DNA of 64,000 bases from Octopus sinensis (lineage: Eukaryota), in the NCBI RefSeq assembly GCF_006345805.1, contig NC_043015.1:47058001-47122000 (forward strand). Reading direction: 5' to 3'. A model generated the notes under the pieces. The model had not been told where the DNA came from. It did not search any database and saw nothing but the letters and a program-made list of their open reading frames with translations. Of this stretch, positions 36,316 through 49,682 are shown in pieces. A program made the translations under genes and the position numbers. The stretch's first letter is position 1, and each line of letters starts with the position of its first letter.

Positions 36316-37212
36316 TATGTGTGTGTGTTGTGTTGTGCTTTAATGCATTCACATATTTTCTTTTAATTAGACAATTTTAATCTATTACGCCTTATATCAA
36401 TCATTTTTCTTCTCATTTTATTATCAGAAATACTGATAACAATATATATTTTTTTTTTATATAATCAGTAAAACAGGATATATTACAATTCTTTGTGGGT
36501 TTCCGTTAAATGATTTCTTTGTATTTTTCTTTTAAATTGCCAGTTTAGTTATAAGACAGAAAAAGATTTTGCTTTTTCTCAAATATTTTATCTATTTTTC
36601 GCATATTACCCTTACCAAAACTTTACAATTAAACCGATTGTTTCTTTTTACAATGAAGACAACACGACAAAACATTCATTCAGAAATCTCTCTCTCTCTC
36701 TTTATACACGCACACATATATATTCTTTCTGGACTGTAGCTATGCTGGAGCACTGCCTTGAAGGGTTTTAGTTGAACAAACCAAACCCCAGGACTTATTT
36801 CTTAAGCCTAGTACTTAATCTATCAGTCTCTTTCGCAAAACCGCTAAGTTACGGGGGATATAAACACACCATGACCAGCTGTCAAGTGGTGATTGGGGGG
36901 GGGGACAAACACAAATGCACATAGATATACATATGTATATATATAAATATATATATATCCATGTATGTATGTATAATGTATGTGTGTGTGAGAGACGATC
37001 TTCTTTCAGTTTCGGTCTACCAAATCCACTCATAGGGCTTTAGTCAGCCCTAAGCTATAGTGGAAGACACTTACCCAAGATGCCACAAATTGGGACTGAA
37101 CCCAGAACCATGTGGTTGGGAAGCAAGCTTCTTACCACACAGCCATGGTCGTGCCTATATAATATATATATATGTATATGTATATGTATATGTATGTGTA
37201 TATATCTATATC

Positions 37213-37245
<33 letters not shown>

Positions 37246-37261
37246 TTGTATGTATGTGTAT

Positions 37262-37310
<49 letters not shown>

Positions 37311-37325
37311 ACACACACACACATA

Positions 37326-38539
37326 TTGGGTTGGCAAGAAAGTAATTTTTCGTTTTCCACAAACAGATTGAGTTACAATTTTTTTAATGACTTTTGTCAA
37401 TTTTTTTCCCTTTGGCATTTGATTGGTATTACTTATAGTTTACTTTAGAAGCAAACTGCACATAATTTTGTTTACAGCTGTTAGTTCAGTGTCAATTTTA
37501 ACATGGAGTGCAAAACCAAACATTTTCGCTATATCTTGCTTTTTTATTTCCGTAAAAGCAAGAAAGCAGCTGAGGCTCACAAAGCAATATGTGAAATTTA
37601 TGTTGTTGATTACTTAACAAAACACTCATGTCAGAAATGGTCTAAAAAATTCCATTCTGGAGATTTTTCACTCAAAGGTGACCAATGTTCTGGTTAACAT
37701 ACTGCAGTTGATGTAGCCATAATTGAATAGATTGTCATATAATTGTGCGAGAGATTGCAAAGAGGTTAAATATATCACACACAATTGAAAATCACTTAAA
37801 ATGGACTCATTAGGAAGCTCAATATTAACACAACAAATCAATATTTGTGATATGCATCTCAAATGCAATGAAACTGACCTTTTTTTTTAAATGAATCATT
37901 ACTGGTGATGAAAAATGGATTGTCTACAATAACATCAATCGAAAACGATCATGGTCCAAGCATAATGAACTAGCACAAATGACATTGAAAGCTGAATTGC
38001 ATAAAAAAAAGACATGCTGTCAATTTGGTGGGATTACAAAGGTGTTGTGTATTTTGAGCTGCTTCCAAGGAACCAAACAATCAATTCAGATGTTTACTGT
38101 CAATAACTAATGAAACTGGAGGACGCAATCAAAGAAAAACAGCCAGAATTGGCAAATCGTAAAGGAATCATATTCCACCATGACAACACTAGACCACACA
38201 TGTCTTTCTTAACTTGTGAAAAATTATTGGAGCTTTGTTGGAAAGTGATGTCACATCCACCATATAGCCCTGACCTTGCACCATCAGATTACCATTTATT
38301 TTGAAATTTGCAAAATTCTTTGAATGGTAAAACTTTCAATAATGATGATGACCTGAAATCACACTTGCTTCAGTTTTTGACTGGTAAGGACCAGAAGTTC
38401 TATGAGTGCAGAATCATGAAGTTGCCAAAAAGATAGCAAAAGGTCATCAAACAAAGTGGTTAAAGTTCATTCTTTGTATGAAAAAAAAATTACTTTTATT
38501 TCACAATAAATAATTGAAACTACTTTCTTGCCAACCCAA
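37326..38539 (+). mobile_element. Near full-length mariner (DD34D) element
   Basis: TA on both flanks. TIR TTGGGTTGGCAAGAAAGTA, which resembles the Hsmar1-type TIR. Confidence 0.95.
37503..38463 (+). pseudogene. Mariner transposase pseudogene
   Basis: IITGDEKW, HHDNTRPH and HPPYSPDLAPSDYHLF, with 34 residues between the last two Asp. Stops and frameshifts present. Confidence 0.95.
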
Positions 38540-38773
38540 TATATATATATATATGACTGTGTGTGTATCGTTGGTGATTTTCTTCCTCCATCTTCCCTTC
38601 CTTGGATCTTTCTTTTTCCTATGTTTCTGACGAAGAGCTCCACTCGAAACATTAAATCCTCAATCTTTCTTTCCTTTCCTGAATGTCCAATAACACTATA
38701 CTTGTTCCACGTCCTCGTGTTGTGTTTTCTCTTTGTGTTTTCATGTTTAGATTAACTATGTATATATATATAA

Positions 38774-39055
38774 ATATATGAAAAAACAAGTCAAGATAGA
38801 AAATGCTAAAATAATTTTATAAAAAACATTTCAGTACCGGTTTTGGTCATTTTGAGACCTTTTAAACTGTAACGATTAAATAATTAAATTTAGAAAACTT
38901 TAAAAAAAGTTTTTTAAAGGAATATTTTAAAGTTTTCTAAATTTAATTATTTAATCGTTACAGTTTAAAAGGTCTCAAAATGACCAAAACTGGTACTGAA
39001 ATGTTTTTTATAAAATTATTTTAGCATTTTCTATCTTGACTTTTTTTTCATATAT
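38774..39055. repeat. Near-perfect inverted repeat, ~132-bp arms and ~19-bp spacer
   Basis: 38774-38905 is the reverse complement of 38925-39055. Confidence 0.92.
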
Positions 39056-39130
39056 ATCAACTCGTGTGTTCCTTTTCACCCTTATATATAATATATATAT
39101 ATATAATTACTATGAAACATTGTGTAGAAC

Positions 39131-39881
39131 ATATTATATAAAGGATCGTGAGTAAGGCCAGAACAATGCAAAGTAAATGCAAGGTAAATCACAAGAAAAC
39201 AAATATATGAATTAATGTAGACTTACCTTGCATTCAATATTTTGGGGGGTTATGACCCCATTTTCAAGAAATCAACGAATGTTGCCAATGTGTACATGCA
39301 CATGTGGAGTGGACATGTGCGGAAAGGTGTTGCTATAGCAATCAGCTAGCTTCCTGTTATTCTCTACTATTGTTGATATTTGGTTTTCTTTGGTGTAATA
39401 GGATGGCCTCAGAGATTCTAAGATTGCCCCTGTCCTGATGTGTTGCCCTGATGTGCACTGTGAAATCCTGGGTCTGGCATTTCCGTAGATGTTTCTTCAC
39501 GGAAGTGTCTGCCTGCATGTATTCCTTTATGCATATATGCAGTTTCCTTCTTGTGCTTCCCATATAGGCAGTGCCACATTTGCCACAGATGATCTCATAT
39601 ACAACATAGGTCCTCTGGCAAAATTCACGGTCATTCATGGGGCAGTTCGATAAAGTGCACCCCTCGGAGTAGTGAGAAGGGTTGTTCTTGGACAGAGCTA
39701 GCTGGTTGCTATAGCAACACCTTTCTGCGCATGTCCACTCCACACATGCACATCAACAACATTCGTTAATTTCTTGAAAATTGGGTCATAACCCCTAAAT
39801 ATTGAATGCAAGGTAAGTCTACATTAATTCATATATTTGTTTTCTTGTGATTTGCCTTACATATGATCCTTTATACAATAT
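39131..39881 (-). mobile_element. Penelope-like retroelement fragment (GIY-YIG endonuclease) with inverted terminal copies
   Basis: 39357-39690(-) reads CTLSNCPMNDREFCQRTYVVYEIICGKCGTAYMGSTRRKLHICIKEY...ISEAILLHQRKPNINNSRE*. Arms at 39131-39351 and 39696-39881. Confidence 0.88.
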
Positions 39882-40301
39882 ATATGTGTGTGTCTCTGTG
39901 TGTGTATGTGTGTGTGTGCATGTGTGTGTATGTATATGTGTGTGTCTGTGTTTGTGTGTGTGTGTGTGTAGGTATTTGTGTGTGTGTGTGTGTATGATTA
40001 GTTACAGGATTAACTAGACTCTAGGTGTATCAAGAAGTAGGATGGCAGGAGTGGCCTGGGTACTTAATATTGAGCTCACAGTAAGATAAAACTATCTTCA
40101 GTTGTCAGTTGCTGGTAATATACTGTAATGATCCACACACACACACACACACACGTAGGCTGACTAAATTACTCTCTTGGGATGTGATTAAATTGACCTT
40201 TATTTTTCAACAGTTTCCCCTGCAGATACAAAGATACACACATATACACATGCCCCAGCATGGCCACAGCTTCGAAGCTGAAACAGTTTAAAGGTTTATA
40301 T

Positions 40302-40801
40302 CAGGGGTTGCCAAACTTTAGCCACTTCTTCCTCCGCATCGACCCCCCTTTAGCCAATTTTCTTTCCGCATCGACCACCCTCTTCGTTTAAAATATCTTA
40401 ATACCCTACCCTACCATATCTTAAATGCATACCAGGTACTGATGCTAGCAATTAAATTGTTTGCTAAAATACACATGTATGACAAATTAAGAAATTCTTT
40501 TGAAGATGACATACTTTTTACATTTAAAACTATGTGTACAAGTATACAATATTAAGCTTTCAATTTTTATGAAATTGTTTTCACATTTAGAAAAAGTGAA
40601 GAATGCATCGTATCACTGGAATATCTTTTATTAAAACTGACAACATTAATGTGAGGGATGGGCATGGCGCTGACAAAGTATTTCAAGCAGTTCATCTGAC
40701 CCCCATTCGACCACTTGGCTATCATCGCCCCCCCCCCACCACCACTGTAATTCCTTGCCAACCCCTAGGGGATCCTTCAGACCCCGCTTTAGCGACCCCC
40801 G
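40302..40801 (-). mobile_element. Internally deleted hAT (Buster/Charlie-like) element
   Basis: TIR CAGGGGTTGCCAAAC with a degenerate partner, flanks GTTTATAT/TTTTATAT, and the C-terminus DELLEILCQRHAHPSH*. Confidence 0.65.
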
Positions 40802-40984
40802 TTTTATATATTCACATGACGAGCTTCCAAACAGTTTCCACATATACATATACATATATATAGCCGAAATTGCGAGGATGATCCAATTCTTAACTGAAGA
40901 TTGAAGGCTTCGAATGTCCCATCCGTGTTTTTGTATCGTCTTCTAAATGTTTTGCGTTCTTGTCTAGTTTGTATTTTTTTACAT

Positions 40985-41099
<115 letters not shown>

Positions 41100-41204
41100 A
41101 TATAGTTAATCCAAACATGAAAATACAAAGAGAAAACACAACAACATGAGGACGGAACAAGTATAGTGTTATTGGACGCTCGGGAAAGGAAAGAAAGAAG
41201 GAGG

Positions 41205-41239
41205 ATTTAACGTTTCGAGTGGGGTTCTTCATCAGAAAC
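41205..41239 (-). ncRNA. Hammerhead motif with intact CTGATGA/GAAAC core (stem II weak)
   Basis: GTTT-CTGATGA-A-GAACCCCACTC-GAAA-CG-T-T-AAAT. Confidence 0.5.
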
Positions 41240-43244
41240 ATAGGAAAAGGAAAGATCCAAGGAAGGAAAGACGGAGAAAGAAAATCGCCAACGATACACA
41301 CGCAGTCACATGGCAACTAAGTTCCCATCATGGTTTTAAATTTTGGAATCTATTTTCTTCGAGAATTCTATTTTTGAATCATTTTGGAATCTATTTTGTT
41401 TATTTCCAGTTAATTTTAGTTATTGTTATATTTTGGAATGGTCATTTTGCCAGTTTAGCCAATAAAAACACACGCACTATATATTTGGTGTTATTTTGCT
41501 TCAGTGTTATTTATTTTTTACATTAATCTTAATCTTATTTGGGCCAGAGTTCTTTCGTCACACTTCTGTGACAGCATCAGTGGTCCTTTGTTTTCTTCTT
41601 TCTTATTTGTGTCTCTCTTTACTAACCGTCAGCCATTTTGTATTTCTATTGTATGTCTTCATTTGCGCATGCTTATATCTCTATGTGCGTCTATGTTTAT
41701 TTAGTGTGTGTATGTGGGGGGATGCCTGTAATATTTGTATCTTCTGTTTACATATGTTCATGTAATTTGTTTTTGTTGTTGTTGTTTTTGTTTATTCTTA
41801 TTTTGTTCATGTGCTTACATCCACTTATTATTATTATCATTACGTATGCTTGTATGTATGTATGTATGTATGTATAACAACAAATATATAATTTTAGTTA
41901 ATTTTTATTTATTTTCAGATCCCACATGCTAATGTGAGGCAAAATGGTAGCTTGCCTTGTACTACATCATAAATTGATAACTGGAGTGGTGATCTTCGAA
42001 CGTGCGGGCCTCATGAGGCAATGACAAGTGACTGAGATCTTTGATGATATGCTGTGCTTGAGGAGACTCATCAAGCAAAGTGAGATTGTAGTCGTGGCTG
42101 ATACCGGTGTCATTGGGTGATATGTTGTGCTTGAGAAGACCTGTCAAGCCAAGAGAAATCATAGCCATGGCTGATGTCAGTGCCAGTTGATTGGCACCCA
42201 TGCAAGTGGCATGTATAAAGCACTATTTGAGCACGTAGTCAATGTCAGTGTCATGTCAGTATAAAAAGCACTCACTACATTCTTGGAGTGGTTGGCATTA
42301 AGAAGGGCATCCATCCATAGAAACCATGCCAAACCAGACTGGAACCAAGTGTAGTTCCCCGGCTCACTAGTTTTTCAGTCAAACCGTCCAACCCATGCCA
42401 GCATGAAAAACAGATGTTAAATGATGATGATGATGAAGAGCGGTGTAATGTGCATATCAACAAATACCACTTTTTTACACTTCGCTGATCTCAAAATTAC
42501 AAATTTCCACACAAACACTAAAAAAAAGATTGACAGTAAAATAGAAGATAATTTATACATTGTACATGGTCCATCAGACAATCCCCAAGAAATTTGCTGG
42601 AATCTTTCAAATAAATGCGACATCTTTACCTAATTTACACTATGGATTAAACATGAGTATCTTCTGTCATAATCTCTTTATTTTCCTTTGCCCACTTTAA
42701 GCAAACATATTTCTTTTATCTTTCTTCTTTTATCTTTTACTTATTTCAGTCATTTGACTGCGGCCATGCTGGAGCACCGCCTTTAGTCGAGCAAATCAAC
42801 TCCAGAACTTATTCTTTGTAAGCCAGTTACTTATTTATCGGTCTCTTTTGCCGAACCGCTAAGCGACGGGGACGAAAACAAACCAGCATCGGTTGTCAAG
42901 CATGCTAGGGGAACAAACAAGACATCAAACACATACACACACACCAACATATATTATACATTACATATATACACACAGGCTTCTTCAGTTTCTGTCTACC
43001 AAATCCACTCACAAGGCATTGGTTGGCCCAGGGCTATAGCAGAAGAACTTGCCCAAGATGCCATGCATGGGACTGAACCCGGAACCATGTGGTGGTTAGC
43101 AGCTACTTACCACACAGCCACTCCTGCGCCTATATTTATATGAGAATCTTTCAGATTTGTCTTTATCACCTACAAGCACTCATTGTCTATATGCATTCAT
43201 GCATATGCTTGCCTGTGTGTCTCTCTCTTCTCTCTGTATATGTA

Positions 43245-43277
<33 letters not shown>

Positions 43278-44448
43278 TATTATGACCTGTGTTACCTGTG
43301 GTTTATGGGGTTTTTTCCATAAGCAGCTCAATGAAGTTTCCTCCCAAGTGAGTGAGGAATGCTTATTATAAAATTTCATTACTACTTCTTTTTTGTTTGT
43401 TAAAACTGTTTGCACACAAAACCCCTTGATCCAACACACACACATACATACACATACACTTAATGCGTTGTCCTGTACCATCATACCCATCATGGCTCCC
43501 CATCTGATAAGGGTATACCCAGCACATTTCATTACAACCATATTATATGACACAGTGACCTCATATCTCCTTTCTCCTTTACTTGTTTCAGTCATTTGAC
43601 TGCAGCCATGCTGGAGCACCGCCTTTTAGTCGAGCAATTCGACCCCGGGACTTATTCTTTTTGTAAGCCCAGTACTTATTCTATCGGTCTCTTTTTGCCG
43701 AACCGCTAAGTGACGTGGACGTAAACACACCAGCATCGGTTGCCAAGCAATGCTAGGGGAACAAACACAGACACACAAGCACACACACATATATATATAT
43801 ACATATATACGACAAGCTTCTTTCAGTTTCCGTCTACCAAATCCACTCACAAGGCATTGGTCGGCCCGGGGCTATAGCAGAAGACACTTGCCCAAGATGC
43901 CACACAGTGGGACTGAACCCAGAACCATGTGGTTGGTTAGCAAGCTACTTACCACACAGCCACTCCTGCGCCTAGATAAATAATGCATGATTTTGCATGA
44001 GAGGCCCAGTTTGAATTTTCTTTCAGTCTAGTAGCCCATTCTGCTCCAAAAGTCCCCGAATAAGGGTTGTTTAAGGATAATGAATGAAACACCCACTTTT
44101 TCAGAGGTGAATTATTTAAGCCCCAACGAATTCCTCTCAACACATGGTTATCATGCACTCCTACTAGTCCTGCTTGTGATCAGAGATATATATATCACCA
44201 GCCACTAAGAGACATGCTCAACTGATTAAGGTCAAGCAACTGAGAAGCAAATCTGCAGTATCGAGCAGAATATTCACTGTATAGGCATAGGAGTGGCTGT
44301 GTGGTAAGTAGTTTGCTTACGAACCACCTGGTTCCGGGTTCAGTCCCACTGTGTGGCACCTTGGGCAAGTGTCTTCTACAATAGCCTCGGGCTGATCAAA
44401 GCCTTGTGAGTAGATTAGGTAGACGGAAACTGAAAGAAGCCCATCGTG

Positions 44449-44503
<55 letters not shown>

Positions 44504-44824
44504 GTATGTATGTACGTGTGTGTATGTTTGTGTGTCTGTGTTTGTCCCCCCAACATCACTTGACAACCGATGCTGGTGTGTTTACATGCCCGTAACTTGG
44601 CGGTTCAGCAAAAAGAGACTGAGAGAATAAGTACTAGGCTTACAAAGAATAAGTCCTGGTGTTGATTTGCTCGACTAAAGGCAGTGTTCCAGCATGGCCA
44701 CAGTCAAATGACTGAAACAAGAAAAAGAGTAAAGAGAGTTCCTCTTTTTACATCAAGACAAAATAAGTACATCTTAACATTTCCAATCTGGTACTGCATT
44801 AGGGTATTTATTATTATTATTATT

Positions 44825-45373
44825 ATTGAGTGAGCGAGCAGAGCATGCCATCGAAGTGACACTGGGGTAAAATATACGAAGCCCAGTATACCCATCGTGA
44901 CTACCTGTCTGATAAGGGTACACTAGGCACATGCATCACAACCATATGTGTGCGACATGGTGATCTCATATCAAGATAAACAGCACATGACCTTGCAGGT
45001 GGAGCCCAGTTAGAATTTTCTTCAGGTCGAGTAACCCATCCCACTCAAAAGGTCCCTGAATAAGGGTTGTTTAAGGATTTTGAACGAAACACCCATGTTT
45101 CCAGAGGTGAATTATTCAAACCCCAAAGAATCCTTCTCAACACATGGCTATGATGCTCCCCCACTACTTCTGCTCGTGATCAGAGATGCACATATCGTCA
45201 GCCACTAAGGGACACGCTCAACTGGTTAAGGTCAAACAACTGACAAGCAAATCTGTGGTATTGAGCAGAATATTTGCTGTAGCCCATCTTTTATACCAAG
45301 ACAAAACAATGTACATGATAACACTTCCAATCAGTTAAGATCAGAAGCCATGAGAGCCACTGCCTGGTACTGC
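44825..45373 (-). mobile_element. Unclassified ~550-bp interspersed repeat flanked by (ATT)n
   Basis: Partial copies at about 44000-44283 and 43470-43565. No tRNA head, TIR or ORF recognised. Confidence 0.7.
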
Positions 45374-46041
45374 TATTATTATTATTATTATTATTATGGC
45401 TGTTAGCTGAGGAAGCCATGCTTGACCTTGGCTCCGTATTTCGTTTTCGAAAATTTTCCTTTTATTTTCATTTTTTTAAAAACTTTTATTTGTTTCAGTC
45501 ATTTGACTGTGGCCATGCTGGGTCACCACCTTTAGTTGAACAAATTTACTCCAGGACTTATTCTTTGTAAGCCTAGTACTTATTCTATCTGTCCCTTTTG
45601 CCAAACTGCTAAGTTACAGGGATGTAAACACACCAACATCGGTTGTCAAGTGATGGTGGGGGGACAAATACAGATACAAAGACATATACATATATATATA
45701 CAACAGGCTTCTTTCAGTTTCCATCAACCAAATCCACTCACAAGGTTTTAGTCGGCCCGGGGCTATAGTAGATGACACTTGCCCAAGGTGCCATGCAGTG
45801 GGACTGAACTCAGAACCATGTGGTTGGTAAGCAAGCTACTTACCACACAGCCACTGTCAATTTTCTCTGGAAAATAGTGGTACTTTCCTGTCATTTTCAA
45901 CCAAGGTGTAGAATAAAGGATCCTTCTTCTGCTGGTGAGCTCCTTTTTTGTTAAAAGTCCCCCCTATATCTTGGTTTACATCAGCATGATTTGAACTCAG
46001 AATGTAACAGACTGGAAGAAATACTGCAAGGCATTCTCTCT

Positions 46042-46642
46042 TATTTCTTTGTTGCGCACAAGGGGCTAAACACAGAGAGGACAAACAAGGACAGACAAAG
46101 GGATTAAGTCGATTACATTGACCCCAGTGCATAACTGGTACTTAATTTATCGACCCCGAAAGGATGAAAGGCAAAGTCGACCTCGGCAGAATTTGAACTC
46201 AGAACGTAGTGACAGACGAAATACCTATTTCTTTACTACCCACAAGGGGCTAAACATAGAGGGGACAAACAAGGACAGACACGTGGATTAAGTCAATTAC
46301 ATCGACCCCAGTGTGTAACTGGTACTTATTTAATCGACCGCGAAAGGATGAAACGCAAAGTCGACCTCGGCGGAATTTGAACTCAGAACGTAACAGCAGA
46401 CGAAATACCTATTTCTTTATTACCCACAAGGGGCTAAACACAGAGGGGACAAACAAGGACAGACATAGGTATTAAGTCGATTACATCGACCCCAGTGCGT
46501 AACTGGTACTTATTTAATCGACCCTGAAAGGATGAAAGGCAAAGTCGACCTCGGCGGAACTTGAACTCAGAACGTAACAGCAGATGAAATACCGCTAAGC
46601 ATTTCGCCCGGTGTGCTAACATTTCTGCCAGCTCGCCACCTT
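46042..46642 (-). mobile_element. SINE family A concatemer (head + 3 bodies)
   Basis: Junctions at 46218-46231 and 46402-46415, period 184 bp. Confidence 0.9.
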
Positions 46643-46945
46643 AAAGGTATTCTCTCTGATGCAGAATGTAATCTAGGAGGATATATAAAAAGATGAAAAT
46701 TGTAATACTGAAAAAAGTATTTTTGGCATATGTATCTGACTGTCACTTGAACCTAAACCCTTTAGCATTCAGATTATTCTGTCAAATCTAAAGCTTCTTA
46801 TCTCATGGCTTCAAGATTTTGATGATGAGATCATTTTTAGAAAGAAGTTGTAAGGGAGGTGTTTGATGTTGGATTTGGCCAGTTTGAACATAAAGAAGGC
46901 AGACTATTTTGACCGAATAAGGCCAGTTTAAATGTTAAAGAGTTA

Positions 46946-47380
46946 GGATCTTTTCGGTTTGAATGGCAGTTTTTAAAATAATTTCCACGTAACTAAACAC
47001 TTTTAAACTTCGTATACTGGTAGAATGTGTTTATAAAACATCTTTTTCTCTTGGCTTTCTTGAGAAAATTCTATAGTTTCTAAGATATATGTTGTTGTTT
47101 TTTCTTCAATTTCTGCAATTTCAACCAATCAATGACGTCTATTGGGGTAAAAAAAACATTCTGTGCCGTATGAATATGTCCCTCGTTTAAGAAACAGATT
47201 GGGTTTATTTACATTTGTGAAGAAAAAAAGATACCCTTCCCCCACCCCTAACCCTAACCCTAACTAACCCTAACCCTAAAACAGATTGAAATGCAATAGA
47301 TTGATACTAGGTCCATAATTATGGGTGACAATTTCATATGACACCACTAGAAAAAACTGCCATTCAAACCGAAAAGATCC
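46946..47380. mobile_element. Merlin-like MITE, second copy
   Basis: TSD AAGAGTTA at 46938-46945 and 47381-47388. Internal CCCTAA repeats. Confidence 0.88.
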
Positions 47381-49487
47381 AAGAGTTATGTTTTGTTACA
47401 TTCTTGAGTCCTATCCTTGATGTTTTAAATATCTCAAACCTCTGTCCACCATTGTTTACTTTCACGCTTGACTGATTTCAACTACATTATGAGTTCAAAT
47501 TACTTCAGGACTGATAGAATGTGTGCCAGTGGAGCATAGTATAATCAACAAGCCCCGTTCCCCGCAAATTTAAGGTTTTACGCCTATAATAGAAAAAAAA
47601 AACACGCAAAAAAACTAAGTATTAAAAGCAAAAATATATTTCCCAAAAAGAAATATTTACTCTGTTAAAACGAAAATAAGACAAAAAACATAACTCAGTG
47701 ACCAGTGACATATAGGATGAAGGAAGTTAATTAAAAAACTTCTCATGCAATACTAATTTTTGATTTAATAAAATTGTCTGCAGTGTGTGAGAAGGTAAAC
47801 AAACACCTAATAGCATATTCATGCAATAATAAATGTCGCTATTGACACTGTTGCAACCTTGATGTGCAGTGATGAGTCATTTTCTAAGAAATATCAATTT
47901 CATTTTTTGATATAAGGTTGTGACAACCAACAGTCTTTCTCACACCATGTGCAATCATCAGTAACCACCCACGCACTTTTTCATTCTTTCCTTTTTTTCT
48001 TCCTCTCCTTTAGCATATTTCTACACCTAAAAAATGCCTAGAAAAATGAAAAAACAAAAAAGAACAACACATCAGCCCCGGGCCGACCAATGCCTTGTGA
48101 GTGGATTTGGTAGACGGAAACTGAAAGAAGCCTGTCGGATATATGTATATATATGGGTCAGTCTTGCCGGTTATGGCCTGACCCGGCAAGACTAGTCAGG
48201 CCATAACCCGTGGCCCCTACTTGGGACGTAGTCAGTCCACCTGTGCATACCTTCCTTCCTTCTTGTGACACTTGTGAAGACCTGTGAAGACCTGTTGAGG
48301 CAAGTGAAAATCAAATCAAATCAAATCAGATCAAAATAGATGAACATCAATGGAATTTGTATCTTTGTGGTACCAGTGCCGGTGGCACACAAGAAAACCA
48401 TCCGAACGTGGCCGTAGCCAGTACCGCGTCGACTGGCCTCCGTGCTGTGGGCACGCAACAAACACCATCCGATCGTGGCCGTTCGCCAGCCTCATCTGGC
48501 ACCTGTGTCGGTGGCACATAAAAACACCATCCGAAGACCCGGCAAGACTAGTCAGGCCATAACCCGTGGCCCCTACCTGGGACGTAGTCAGTCCACCTGT
48601 GCATACCTTCCTTCTTGTGACACTTGTGAAGACCTGTTGAGGCAAGTGAAAATCAAATCAAATCAAAACAAATCAAAATATATGAACATCAATGGAATTT
48701 GTATCTTTGTGGTACCAGTGCCGGTGGCACACAAGAAAATCATCTGAACGTGGCCGTAGCCAGTACCGCATAGACTGGCCTCCGTGCTTTGGGGACGTAA
48801 CAAACACCATCCGATCGTGGCCGTCCGCCAGCCTCATCTGGCACCTGTGTCGGTGGCACATAAAAACACCATCCGAGCGTGGCCGTTCGCCAGCCTCGTC
48901 TGGCACCTGTGTCGGTGGCACATAAAATCACCCACTACACTCTCGGAGTGGTTGGCGTTAGGAAGGGCATCCAGCTGTAGAAACACTGCCAGATCTGACT
49001 GGCCTGGTGCAGCCTTCGGGCTCCCCAGACCCCAGTTGAACCGTCCAACCCATGCTAGCATGGAAAACGGACGCTAAATGATGATGATATATATGTATGT
49101 GAGTGTATGTTTGTGTGTCTGTGTTTGTCCCCCTAGCATTGCTTGACAACCGATGCTGGTGTGTTTATGTCCCCATCACTTAGTGGTTCGGCAAAAAGAG
49201 ACCGATAGAATAAGTACTGGGCTTACAAAGAATAAGTCCCGGGGTCGAGTTGCTCGACTAAAGGCGGTGCTCCAGCATGGCCGCAGTCAAATGACTGAAA
49301 CAAGTAAAAGAGTATGATTTAGGGTAAATTGTTTCTGAACATTAGAGTTTTCTTTTTCATTTTTTCATTTATTATCAGAGCACTAATGCATTGTAATATA
49401 TCCTCAATTTACAGTGACACTAAATATGTGGGACTAAAGAGGGAATAAGAACTTCTGATATATGCGCATTCACCTATTATCTATTTT

Positions 49488-49532
49488 TCAATCTATGATG
49501 GCATTGTTTACCTCGTTTACAGGCTCTAATTT
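49488..49532 (-). CDS. Gene A candidate terminal exon: KLEPVNEVNNAIID*
   Basis: Acceptor gtttgctttag|, phase 0 matching exon 55702-55635, TGA stop, and AATAAA at 49373-49368. Confidence 0.4.
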   Translation of the reverse strand, partial: KLEPVNEVNNAIID

Positions 49533-49682
49533 CTAAAGCAAACTTGTAAGAGAAAACTTTAAAAAGTGATTCAATTACACAAAACACATGTAAGACACAG
49601 TATTGACTGATAAAGTCTTAAATATACTTGTTAGTGTATAGTAGATGTGCAACAAAATACTCTATCCTTGCCAGCAATTGTA

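Noticed and set aside
45056-45102. Hammerhead in the unclassified 550-bp element
   Set aside because: The core is CTGAATA and no stem I or stem II can be formed.
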